Part shown: in pieces, positions 26,611 through 38,459 of the stretch | Layout of the letters: the number at the start of each line of letters is the position of its first letter | Position numbering within the stretch: the stretch's first letter is position 1 | Notes under the pieces: generated by a model | What the model was told of the DNA's origin: nothing | The model's database searches: none | Seen by the model: only the letters and a program-made list of their open reading frames with translations | Position numbers and translations under genes: made by a program | Assembly (NCBI GenBank): GCA_977016875.1 | Contig: CDRNST010000165.1 | Location: forward strand, 372,001-436,000 | Source of the DNA: Pavona decussata | Lineage: Eukaryota | DNA: 64,000 nucleotides | Reading direction: 5' to 3'

Positions 26611-27759
26611 TTAGTGTGTTGTTTTTGTGGCTAAACAATCTCTTTGGCAGACTTCTTGTAGTTCAGCAGGTAACCTTTTCTCAACTTCAAGCTATTTTGT
26701 TTCCTTTTTATGCATTCCAAATAAAAATGGGCTGCTTCAGAGGGATCGAAGTTACTAAAGTATTTCTTGGAAACAGCTCCAATTACTAGCTTTCCACATT
26801 CCTTTATTAAGTTTGTCCAAGAAAAGGCCCAAATGTTTTGTCTTGACATAGAGGTACCAAGGTGGTAAACGGCACAGGGGTGGGGTGAGGCAGGGCACAT
26901 CCAGGGGATTTAACAGCAATGTTAATTGCTTGTTATGAGGACTTTTGGCCATTTAGTGGACTTGCTAACAAATTTTCAATGACGCTGAGTCTTGATGATC
27001 TTTTGGCTTGTTGTGCAATCCTTCCTTCTCAAAAAGACATCTGCTAAAACAATGGGTGATTGGCATAGTCTAATCAGTGTGCACTTCCAAATCCTGGAAG
27101 TGCACTTTGGACTTGGCCAATAACACTTTGTACAGACAAACACTTCGCTTGAGGAAAGAGCATCTAAATCTGTATCCAAGACATTTTTGATCTGGCCTGG
27201 TATTTTCACAGAACTCTAGCTGAATACTTGTGCTCTTGCAGTAACAGAGGAAACAAATTTATTTGGGAGTTAAAATTATCCATATATAAAGTAAGGATTT
27301 CTATTTAAATAAGGAATTTGTGAGGAAATTAATTGCCTGGTGAGCCAAAGGCATGTGCAAGGGAGAGGCTACAAATGCCCTGCACTGGTGTATTTGAACG
27401 GTTAATCTCTTGTTATGCCCAGGCCCGTTCCCACTTCTGCGATTAACAGTGACAGGTGCAAAATGTGATCCATAATAAACAAGCTGCCTGGTTAAATATA
27501 AAACCTTTAATGAGGTTCACTAACTTAACATATTAATATCACAAACACTGATGATTTGGAGTTGTACAAACACCTGAACAAAAAAATCTGTCATTTTCCC
27601 CAGAATGAAAAATACTCTTTTTGATTAAGACACCTCAACAATAATTATTATTGTAAGCATTTCTTGTTCAATTTATCTTGTTGCATCTATGAAAAATGCC
27701 TTGGGATCAACCTTGTTCCCAACGTCTCTTACAAACTGGAGTGAACCTTGCCCCAGTCT

Positions 27760-30700
27760 TTAGCTGCCACGGTATGTGGAGTAGGAGAATGGACTTAGCA
27801 GGAGTGGTACATGGTAGTGTTGAGATGGATCACTGATCAGAAATACGATCTGAAAAGTGACAAATAAAACAATAAATAAGTAAATAAATAGGTAAAAAAT
27901 AAAAGGTAAGGTTGCACTTGGGGTCAAGGCAGCACATACGGCGGGAGTCTGGTTTATGTTACAGAGAGCAACTAAGAGTATTCCTACTCCCCTTGGGGTG
28001 CTAGTCCATTGCAGGGTTACCCTCGGCATTATGTCACAAGTAGTCATTTTATACACCTGGATGGGGTAAGACAAAGTGGAGAAAGACAACAGCAATTCCA
28101 TCATTTTTCAAGACATCTATTTCTTTTTGGGCAGACTTGCATATTTGCGAAGTGCTCCAGTTATTAGCAGATTAGATGCATGTGAGATCCAATGGACAAA
28201 GGTTCATGTCCTGGCATATGGTTCTCAATGGCAAACAATTTGAGCTCAAGAATTTTTCTATAATCAGTTTGCATTTAAGTGGTGGAACTTTGATCCAGAA
28301 AATTAATAGGAGTTGCAAGTTACTTTTCAAGGTAATCAACAAGAAAATCGCTATTGATAAACATGTACATAACACAGATTTCTGAGCTCCTAATGAATTG
28401 GTCAACATGCTAGCTCGCACAGTGCTGTATTAGACTCTGCAACATCTATTTATAAATGGGTGCCAGCAAATTTGTGGTAAGGCTAATAAAATATTCTAAA
28501 GGAAGGGGTTGGACTTAGATCCCTTGATGGATGGATAGGTAAATGATTATCCTCTTAGTAGCATTAGTTTGAAACTACCATTGATATTACACTACTATAA
28601 TCACTATACACACAAAAAAAGTGAAAATTTTTGGTGAAAAAGTCTATCCAAAAAAATTCTCTTACATTGTAAGGCAGGACAATTTAATCAACAGTGGAAA
28701 GGAGACACAAGTCAAAGTGTTAATTAATTTTTTATTTTCAGAGAGTAATTTACAACAACATAATTACCTCAACATAGGGGTAAAAGAATGAAGAAACTCC
28801 AGTCTCCTTGAAATAAGCTTCAGTCTCAAATCTGATCATGTATTTACCAGGTATAAACTGCTCTTGAGTCAGTAGGTCAGGAATTCTACCATCAACATTG
28901 GTGACTCTACACAAATCAATTATACAAAGATTCTATTCAACAAAGTGAAATTCTACCAGTTTGAAATTGAAGTTCTTCTTAGAGCGGTTTTCAATCGAGT
29001 ATCGAAAGTAATTTTGCATTTGCTTTGGTTTTGCTTTACTAGACTCTATGATCGGTTGGTAAAGTTCGCGCCAGTTTCTCAACCAACGGGAAGCCAAACC
29101 AAAACCAGTTGTGCTTGGTCGCAAGTGTTTTCCTCTCTTGACGCAGGTTACATGTATTTGCTTCGATTTCTGATTGGCTGATTGTGCTGTTTTCATCTGT
29201 TGTGATTGGCCAGAGAAATTACTTTGGTTTTGGTTTTACAACACTCAATTGAAAACCGCTCTATCAAGTGCATTACATAACATATCTTAAATCACGTTAG
29301 TTTACAGATAAACACAAACTTTGTTCATAGTACAGTTCTATATTGGTTGCTGCTATAATTATGATTCATAGAAGTAAAAGTTAAGTATTAGTTCAGTGCT
29401 GAGGTTCAGAACTTGCATGTTATTTAAAAACAATGCGGTAAATAAGACTGGATATTGTCAAAATATTTCTGGTGTGTTGATTGTAGCCAATGACATGTGA
29501 GATCTTGTAGCAAAAACAAACTGTAAAGTATCTCTGTCAACAGTTTTATTGAACCCAGACAAGCAGGATATTGATTACAATTGATTGCAAGACTATCGTA
29601 ATCCCAGGCATGTGTTCTATTTTGAAGAATCTGCAAGAATATTAGAATAACTTGACTAACAAAACAGAATTTCAATCTTACCCTGATGTGATATGTTTCC
29701 ACATGCGACTGTCAGGTCGCATTTCTTCAAAGTACAGCTGTATCTGCAGGTTCCTGGCTGGTATACCACGTGCTGTGTCCAGCACATGAGTAGTGAGGGG
29801 GCTTCCAGGCATTGGGCTTTTATCAGCGGCACTGTGCTGTCGATAGTAGAAAGTAAGTTAATTCTCACTGTGAGCCTTGCTAGATGTGATCAATCATAAA
29901 CAAACTGTTTAATAGAAGATGTTGGAGTAACTGACTGGTGAACTCTATTGTTACGACCAAAGAAAAAGTTACCAACAAGGACGTCCACCGATGTCAATGT
30001 TTTCATTTGACATGGGATGGTATCATCGTTGCCATATAATCACATGTGCTGATCTTGTTCCTGACTAACAAGTCTTGCATGAATTTACTAAATTATGCAG
30101 CATTGGGCAATCATAGGTTTAGAAAACACATGGTGCTGTTGCATTTCTATGAAAGATTGCATGCAATGGTGAAATGAACTACCAAAGGCAGTTCTTAAGT
30201 TGTGTTTACCGGTAACTTGTTTCAAGTGTCCTCTACAATTTTGAAATAAAATAAATAAATAAATAAATAAATAACTATTTAAATTAAGTATCAATGTAAT
30301 TAAGCACGGAGCACTAATTGGGGACACTTTCCAGATTGAAATGGAATTTGGAAATGTTGGTTTTTGGGGAGAGGGGAAAACCTGAGGTCAGGACCCAGAG
30401 AAAAACCTCTTGGAGCAAGGACGAGATTACCAACAACAAACTCAACCCACATATGACGCCAAGTCCAGGAATTGAACCAAGATGGTTGGCTTTTAATTAC
30501 TCAGCAATAAAATAACTAACTGAAACAAAAAAAACATCAACAACAACAGGATGCAATGTCTGGTGTCTTCTTTACTCCTAGATTCAGTGAATTTTGAGAA
30601 AAATCAGCCCTATCATCTTTGCTTGAGCTTACCATGGGGTGCGATGACGAAGAAGCCATGGTTGGTGCTGTTTGACAATAAACAACTCTTGAACTGGTGT

Positions 30701-33700
30701 GCCCTGGATAGTTCATTCCGGCGCGGCCTGCTGATGATGTATGAGGCAAGCTGTAATTACCATCAGTAGTTTTAAATGATGATTGAAGTGGACTACGTAA
30801 ATTATTTGGAGGTGCTTGAAGCTGACTTAACCTGTAGGCTGCAAGGGGTGACTGCAGTCCCCTCTGGCTAGAATAGTATTGCATTCCAAGCAAAGAGAAT
30901 TCTGTTGGACTTGATGGCTTTAGCTCTGTTTGCTTCTCACTGAAGGCATGGTTGTTCCCTTGCGAAGAAGAGGTTCTGATACTGCTTAGATTTAAAGCCT
31001 GAGACTGAGAATGGCTTGAATTAATAATGATCTTTGAGAGATGAGCTTGTTCTCTGCTCTGAACTGCGCTGAATGCCGATGAGCCTAGTTGGATGTCACT
31101 GCATCTTGAGGTTACTGTTTCCTCTGGACTTGATGCCCGATACTTTCCATTAACTGACACCATGGTAGGACGCTCGTCGCAAGGCTCTCGAGGGAGGATG
31201 GGTTGATATCTCTGGGGAGCTGGCTGAGATACTAGAGTAGTAATGAGTGGATAATCGTCCACAAGGCTGTCAAGAATTGCCACGTATGTGCCTCTAATGC
31301 AGTTATTGGTATAAATCCTGGACAGACGTGCAAGTTTAGACATGTTAGTCATCATCTCTCCCAGTGAATTGTGACCAACCGCTGCGTTTTCATACCAGAT
31401 AGGATCATCTTCACAAGCATGATGTTTGAAGGAAGCTTTGGGTCTCTGCCACAGGTACAGATTCATGGGATTCAGCTTAGAAAGGTACTTGAGAAATGAG
31501 GCAACGGGACATCTTGGATTACCTGATGAGGAAGGGGTCAAATAATTATTGCCAATGACAAGGAAATGTGCAGTTTTTCTAATCTTGAATATTTTTCTAT
31601 GAAGTATTTTTGTGTCAAAAGATCTTTAGTAAGGTTCTTTGTTCTGATTTTCTGAATTTTCCTTCTCCAAGTTGACACTCAAAAATAAAGGAGAAGTATG
31701 CAAGTACTGCTGCAAGTAACTGACTACGACACAACTGACAATAAAATATATCCGTCAGCCTCGAAAAACAGATCAAATATAAGTCTTAAGATTAAGCTCC
31801 AACTTTCGCGTATTTAATTCTTGGACTAGGAAATCCACTCGACAAAACGCCGGCCTTTTTGGATTTGTAAAAAGAAACTGAACAAATTTGAAGATCAAGC
31901 TTATCCTTTCTTCCCACTTTGGTAAAAGAAAAAAACTAAAAAAAAAAACCCAGCAACTTCAACTATCACTTGAAAAACTATTGAAGTAAAAGCCCGTCCA
32001 TTTACCTAGTTCCTTCACGTTGTAAATAACATCGGATGATTTCTTGAAAAGTCATTTTTCCTTTCAATTTCAAATTGTCGCTGTTCACAATAGATGACAA
32101 AATATTTCGCGCGCTTTCTAAAATATACGTACATAATTTACCTGGTTTTTCGTACATCCGCGGGCATTTTCCTTCGGCAAAAACGTTTTCACAGTGCGAG
32201 GGGTTCGGATAAATGTATTTCAAACCAGTGCTTGAGTTATATCCGATGAGAAAAGTGTCCCGAGTTTGTTCTCTCACATTGCTCCGGTTACGCTTTCCTG
32301 GTAAGTACATGAGAAGGTCGAAAAACACTTTTCGTTGAAGACCATCGGCGCTGAATGGCGAGAGCACATCACAGAGATACAGCTTCTTCAAATCATCAGG
32401 CCCGATGTCGGAACGGTTTACTTCGCCTTTCCCCTGTTTGTTCAGTTTTATGACCTGGGCTTTGAATATTTTGTTGGACTCGGTAAATTCAGGGTCGTTT
32501 CTGATGTCTATATTCCTCTGTTGTGACTGTAAGTACCGATGAATTCCAAAACGTATGCTCCCCAAGGCAGAGGATTTGTAATAATCTCCATTCTTTTTAC
32601 GCGCTTCGACGTAAAATTTACGCAAAAGGTCATTCAACGCTTGCTTGTCCAGGTTCTCAAAGTTAACATCCATACTTTTCTCTTCCATGTAGTCTCGGAG
32701 AATTTTCACGGCATTTTTAGTCGCTCGCCATGTGTTTTCACTGCATGAACGGTGCTCCAACAATCGTTGAATATCTTCCTCCGAGGTTTCGCCAAAACGC
32801 GGCAATGAATTTTCATCTGTTGGACTTCCAAGCGAACTTCCTTCGCTATCGGGATGGTTTTCAGAGTTTTCAAAAGTTTCAACCTTAACCTCGGGCATAA
32901 GAACAACTGAACTTGCTTCTTCGTCCATTGTCGTGTAAAGACTGGAGTCAACGATTCGTGCTCGTTATAAGACTTCAACACACTTTGAAACCAGGCAATA
33001 TCGTATGATGTCACTGTGCACTGGTTCTTTCGTGCGTTATTTATAGGACAGACAACTTACCACAAACCAAACCATGCAACATGTACACTGATGTACCGCT
33101 TTAAAGATCTCTTAAGGAGAGAAAAGAAAGTTTGTGTGTATGGCTTAAAATACATTTAGCCCATTTTTTTAGAAGGTTAAACCAAAAAACCAGTGAAAGT
33201 TGCCTGTCGTAAGAATCGACAAATTACATTAGTTACCAACTGGTCCGATATCGCCAAATACTTGAAAAACTTATTTTTGTGGTGGACGAATACAGAAGCT
33301 GACATCAAACGCTTACTTTTTAAGTCGAGTGCAAATTGATATGGGTCGTTTTCCGGAGTATATCTCCATAGGGTGAGCTCATTTGATTACGACATTGGTT
33401 TCATAAATTTTCGTACGGACTGATTTTACAGCAAAGTGATGTACATAACCAACAAACTTTACAATGGTTGACCAGTTATCACACACCATCAAGCAACGGC
33501 AAGTTGTCAGTATTTGGCAAAGAAGAACCTTTCAAAACGATAACATTCTATAATATATTGTATTCCGTTATTATCGCCTATTATGTCTCCATCGGTTATA
33601 TTACTGCACATAGAACTGTCGTATCATATCTTTCTGTAATTAAATAGAAAAGTAGACAAGCGACTGTGGATGCAGTGTATTAGCATATACAACACTTAAA

Positions 33701-36700
33701 CAGTATGGCAAAGGTTTTCAGAAAACCGATATTGGCTTCAAGAAATCACAGTAAGGCTTTGCCGGGCAATTTGTTCAATATAATAAACGATATATTTTTA
33801 ACGAAATGATAAAACCCTCTATTGTAGTCACAGTAAGTTCCAAACGTATTCTAAATGTTGCGTTTACAATTCAACGCCTTCAGTTTCTGACAATCAAGAG
33901 TTTCCATTTTTAAGTGAACGTTTGAACAAATACGGGTTTTTGACGGTTTACGGACATGGGGGTCAAATAATGTTATTGTCCAAAAGCAATTAAAAGCTAA
34001 TACAGTGTGTGTGATATATTATACTTTCCAAGGGATAAGAGTACTGATATTGCATTTGAAAAAAATACGCTGTTATACACAAAGAGATGAACGGAAAATC
34101 TCTGAAGAAAAATGCTTTTTGGATTTTGCCCGTCCGCCGTTTACTACAAGATTGGAACAGATGCATTTCTGTACAAAACTTGGATATCCAGTGATCAGAG
34201 TAATATCTGCTACAGGGATCTCTTCAGTATCGTTTCAAATACCCTTGAAACAGCACTGGAAGCGAATTTAAATGATGCCATTCTGACCAACTTGCAGGCG
34301 CCCCTGTTTCACAGAAAAAGAAAGAAAGCCAATACTTGCACAGCTGCCATGCCTTTTTCAAATATCATTCCAGAATTTGTAAAGAATTTTCTGCGGAGGT
34401 AGAATAAATCCCTCCCAATTTAAATATATTGCTCTCACATATATCTGCCCCTGGCTAAAAACAGTGATCTGCAATATTTTTAAGGGAGTCAGCAGATCTA
34501 GACATGAAGAGCTAAATGAAGTGGAACAGCATTAGTTTATTGAGAGATATTTTTGGCAAAGGAACGGGGTAATACTGCTACGTTCGCTAAAGGTTACCAA
34601 CATGAGCCACAGAACGTCCAAGTTATGCGTTTACAACACATTAGCGGATAAGAAATGAGTGTTCATTAAAAACAAATCAAGTCATTGAGTATTTAAATGT
34701 TTTTTGTCAGAGCGGTACAGATGACTTCATAGAATCGAAGCTAGAAGCATTTAATTGTGATTTAATTTTTCAGGGCCCGCCTCTTGCACATGATAGTTAC
34801 ACCTCTGTATGGTCTGTTAACACATTTCACCCAAGTGTGACTTAAGGTCACCATTATTGTGACATGAAAAACAAACTAATAACGTTTTTTCTCTAATCTG
34901 CATAAAGTTAATCGTAGTTTACATGTAATATTCTTTTCCACTCTTCAGTACTACGCCAGTTACAAAATTCTTTATCAAACAATATTAAAAATATATTTTG
35001 CCTCTAACTCTGCATTTCCCATGGCACGTAACGCTTGAAGGCTATAAAAATACACCGTTTATCCTTCACGCTTCCCTTGTTTTGGCCACGTTTCAACATC
35101 TTTTTTGATCACAAATTCTCTGCTCTGTAGGTTATTTATAAACGATATTATAAATAATGGGAACAAACTTTGGACCTTAATAAATATTCCGATATCACTG
35201 GAGTTTCAGTTGTATTGCATGCTTCCTTTTGACTTATCTTGATCAAACTCTTTTCTAGTTATTGATTTTCAACTTTTCTCTTGGACATACATTGTTTTGT
35301 GGCATATGACGCTTTGCTGAGTAAAATTCGCTCATCCGTACGTATGGTCTACCGCTTTCATTTTAAGGGATAACGACACAGCTCTAAATGTGATCTCCTG
35401 AGTCATCGTGATAATTTTATGTGCAGTGAGTTGACCCCTAAATAAGGGACACTTCATTTACCAGTTGGGGTGGGCTGGTGTATTTTTTTGGAGGGGGAGG
35501 GGGTATGCAAAAAATGGCTTTAAGGCTAGGGGATGCGGGAGTCACCTAAAAATAAAGGAGCCTACTATTAATAATTCAATGTAAAGTACAGCCCATATTT
35601 CTGTTCTTTTCCTTTTTCTTTGGGATGGGGATGAGGAAATCATCTTAAAAATAATGGAATTCTAAGGGAGGGAGGTGGGGGGGGGGGGTGAGTAAAAATT
35701 GTTTTGGATGGACAAGAATAAATAAAACCATAAAGTAAGCGGATTATGTTTACATAATGGGGAGCAGGGGAGAGGTGGGTGGGAGGGGGGTTTCAGGGGA
35801 ACAGGGGGAGAGAAAAATATTCTTTTTTCTCTGAGACCTACTTTCTCTAACAAAAAAGGGTTGGTCCTCTGTATTCCCATGGATTTTTATTTTTATAGGG
35901 AAGGATACTTTCCCCCATACCCATTAAATTCCAGTTTTTGGCCTGCATAATCGCCAAATGATTCTAGTAACAAACTATATTCTTCCAATCTCTTGCAGTG
36001 ATTAATTTAGTGCATACAATGCATTTTTATAAAGAAATTTTTTTCAAAGATTCTTGTATTTCATGAGTAGATATTTTAAATCTTACTCAAAATTTCAAAG
36101 TCAGGGACTCAATAAGGCATTTTGCGGGGGTTGATGGGTGTAGTTCTCACCAAATCTTCTTAAATTTCCTATTCAGTGTGTTTGGTTAGGAAGCCAGCCT
36201 TCTTGGGTGTTTGACCTGAAACCCCTCTCTTAACTGGAACAGTGACTGAATACTGTAAAAGCCCTATTGAGTGCCCTCTCTAACAACTTCCCCATTTGAA
36301 AATCAGATTTTTTAGTTACCGCCCTGTCTCTTTCTTTAATCCCCACCTTTCCATGTTAGAAAGCACACACAGAAAAACAAACTTCAAAACTCAGGTGGTC
36401 AGCTTGTCTATATGAAACTGGGTCATCAATCTGCAGAAGTGTCGAGGTAAGAATGACTTTGTGATACACTAACTTTATGCCAAAAATCAGTACCTTGTTG
36501 CAATTTGGGGATGAGATACTGTTAAATGCTCCAATGACTCCATAGAAATCCTTCTCGCTTTGCCATAGTTCCAAAATATGTTTAAAACTTAGGCAAAATC
36601 ATTTTTGAGTCATTGGAGCATAACAGTGCTAATATCTTGCAACAAGACACTGACTTTTGGCAAGTAGGCATTTTTCATTGTGCTCTTTCCGAACATCTTA

Positions 36701-38254
36701 ACAAATCCCATAATTTTCAAAAATTAAAAGATTTATGATGTCACACTTTAGGATGATCCTATTACTACAATAACATGTAGGGGAAGACTGGATTACATTT
36801 TACTTGCCAGGAATCTTGTTACTCTCTTTTGTTCAATTCCAGATGGAAAGGTGGACAGGGATCATAAATACAAGCTGTATGTGTATGCAGGTAGTGTGGC
36901 AATACCCAAACTCACTTCACACCAATGGGACCAGAAAGAGTCACCGTCCAGTGTCCAATAATTATAACAGTAGTTACCTCTTTTCTACAGTGAATTTAAT
37001 GGCAGTGTTAGCATCTGGTTTTACATAAAAGTACTTAACAGAGGGTAGCTATGGTTGCCAAGCTGATTTTGTTTTGAGTTCTTTGAACATAGAGCATACT
37101 GGTGAGAGCACTCGCCTCTCACCAAATGATGTGGCCTGGGTTTGATTCTTGGACTCCATATCTTATGTGGGTTGAGTTTTTTGTTGGCTCTCACCCTTGC
37201 TAGGAGAGGTTTTGCTCCAGGTATTCTGGTTTCCCCTCTCCTCAAAAACCAACATCTCCCAATTCCAATTCAATCTGGATGATTGTCAAACACTTTATCA
37301 TGAGCCTCCGGCTCAGAAGGTTGTACAAGCATTCCCAGTGTTATTGACATTTAATCATTTACTTACTTATATACCCAAAAAGACAGAGTAGTATATAAAC
37401 AATGAAACTCGACTAGCAACTCAAATTATCTACAAATTAATACCATGTGACCAGAGTTCCCTTTGATCCCCCTAGAAAAATGGAGAAGAGGAAGGAAAAG
37501 AGTCTCTTCCTCTTCCTAATTTTCTAGGAAGGTTGAAAGAAACTCTGCCTGCTGGGTAAAAAATTAATGGACAGGATAATTAAACAAGATTTTGGTAATA
37601 AGCTTGATGTGTTAAACACACCTACCTACCACTACAAATGGCAAGTGTTCCTCAGGCATAACAATAGTTATTTATTCATTGACTTTGTGGGGCTGGTGTG
37701 AACGCGGGCAGGGGGTACTCCCTTACATAAGCTCTAAGCCACCCCAAGGGGTATGGTTTTTGATCTGTTTTGGTCTGAAAATGGATATTGATTTTAACAA
37801 TTTTGGTCTGAAGTCTGAAAGCAGGTATGTATTTTTTTTAGGCCAGGATTTGGTCTGAAATAGGGTCAAGGGTTGGAGGATCGCACACCCCCACCTTGTC
37901 CTTCCAGGTTGACTTTCAAGGAGAACCCCACCCCACCCCCCTTCCTCAGCTCCCCTGCAAGCTGCTCAACCACCTAGCAGATAAAATTATCATCTTTCTT
38001 CAAAGATTGGCAGTGGATCAAACGAGCCAGCTCGATTATTATATGGATGAAAGTGGCCCTGTATTCTGTAGTTTAGCCGAAATGTCGTTTATGCTGACGT
38101 TTTAGTTGCAATCGATTGCGCTTTTTCCATCAGGGTATAGAGTTTACAACTCAGATGTAATGGCAGTCGCGTGTCAATGATCTAAATGATATGGGTCACT
38201 AACCTTCTCAGGAGTTATATGGTTACGTATACTTGATAACCTTGCGTTACTCAT
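27760..38254 (-). CDS. URAH: 5-hydroxyisourate hydrolase (transthyretin-related protein), 144 aa with N-terminal PTS2. Exons 38254-38204, 29836-29682, 28906-28768, 27849-27760
   Basis: Spliced translation: [17 protein letters not shown]|[52 protein letters not shown]|[46 protein letters not shown]|[29 protein letters not shown]. Family signatures [17 protein letters not shown] and terminal YRGS are all present; introns are GT-AG with phases 0/2/0. Exons 2-4 are near certain. Exon 1 is assigned from its RLxxIRxHI PTS2 motif and phase-0 donor. Confidence 0.9.
27900..28090 (-). mobile_element. SINE fragment in URAH intron 3
   Basis: GTGCTAGTCCATTGCAGGGTTACCC..ATTTTATACACCTGG is shared with the 12345-12910 and 63248-64000 copies. 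Confidence 0.65.
28980..29263. mobile_element. MITE in URAH intron 2 (partial copies at ~53445-53718, ~53880-54020, ~49975-50130)
   Basis: TIRs TAGAGCGGTTTTCAAT / ATTGAAAACCGCTCTA, probable TA TSD. Internal GATTGG and TTTTCCCGCGCT motifs recur in the other copies. Confidence 0.85.
30246..30480 (-). mobile_element. tRNA-derived SINE (second family)
   Basis: Reverse complement of 37100-37370. B-box-like GGTTCAATTCC, ATGTGGGTTGAGTTTGTTGTTGG core, TTCCCCTCTCCCCAAAAACCAACATTTCCAAATTCC and a (TTTA)n tail. Confidence 0.8.
30537..32928 (-). CDS. DUF3504 / Crypton tyrosine-recombinase-derived protein (KCTD1/KIAA1958/ZMYM/QRICH1-like domain), 590 aa. Exons 32928-32142, 31522-30537
   Basis: Two long ORFs joined by a phase-1 GT-AG intron (RMYEKPG|[18 protein letters not shown]). 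Motifs [73 protein letters not shown] and YTNNCIRGT are typical of this family. Confidence 0.85.
33012..33045 (-). promoter_or_regulatory. Putative TATA/Inr core promoter of the nested DUF3504 gene
   Basis: TATAAAT begins at 33045 (minus). An Inr-like ACAGT has its A at 33015, 30 nt downstream and 87 nt before the ATG. Confidence 0.5.
37100..37370 (+). mobile_element. tRNA-derived SINE
   Basis: TGGTGAGAGCACTCGCCTCTCACCA (tRNA-like head), degenerate B box GGTTTGATTC, conserved core shared with 30246-30480, (TTAC)n tail. Confidence 0.8.
37708..37942. mobile_element. Degenerate copy of the CCCGGG/GGGGTACTCC MITE family
   Basis: GGGGGTACTCCCT..CCCCAAGGGGTATGGTTTTTGA..TTTTGGTCTGAAA matches 12369-12815; termini eroded. 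Confidence 0.7.
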
Positions 38255-38459
38255 ATAAACAATTCGTTATTTCCTGGGGCACTTAATCACAAAACAAGAG
38301 TAAATCTGAACCACCTTTCCGAAGACCAACGACCGTCCAGGAAAAAATGCGAATTTTCTGAATTTTCTAATTTCTAATGTTACACATTGATCAGCGGTCT
38401 ACTTAAAAAAGTTACGAGACAGCGAACATTGGGTGTGCGGTTTCTGCCTTAAAATAAAG
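38255..38459. promoter_or_regulatory. Bidirectional promoter between URAH (-) and ALKBH8 (+)
   Basis: Only 205 bp separate the two divergent start codons (38254 and 38460). Depends on the URAH exon-1 assignment. Confidence 0.75.

Noticed and set aside
26976-27209. Cys-containing 77-aa minus-strand ORF downstream of URAH
   Set aside because: Non-ATG start and no recognisable domain or linked exons.
29831-32142. In-frame DUF3504-URAH fusion protein
   Set aside because: The DUF3504 exon-1 donor is phase 1, while the URAH exon-2 acceptors need phase 0 or 2; no convincing phase-matched donor found in exon 2.
35460-35815. G-run cluster with G-quadruplex potential
   Set aside because: Appears repeat-derived and is C-rich on the transcribed URAH strand; no evidence of function.
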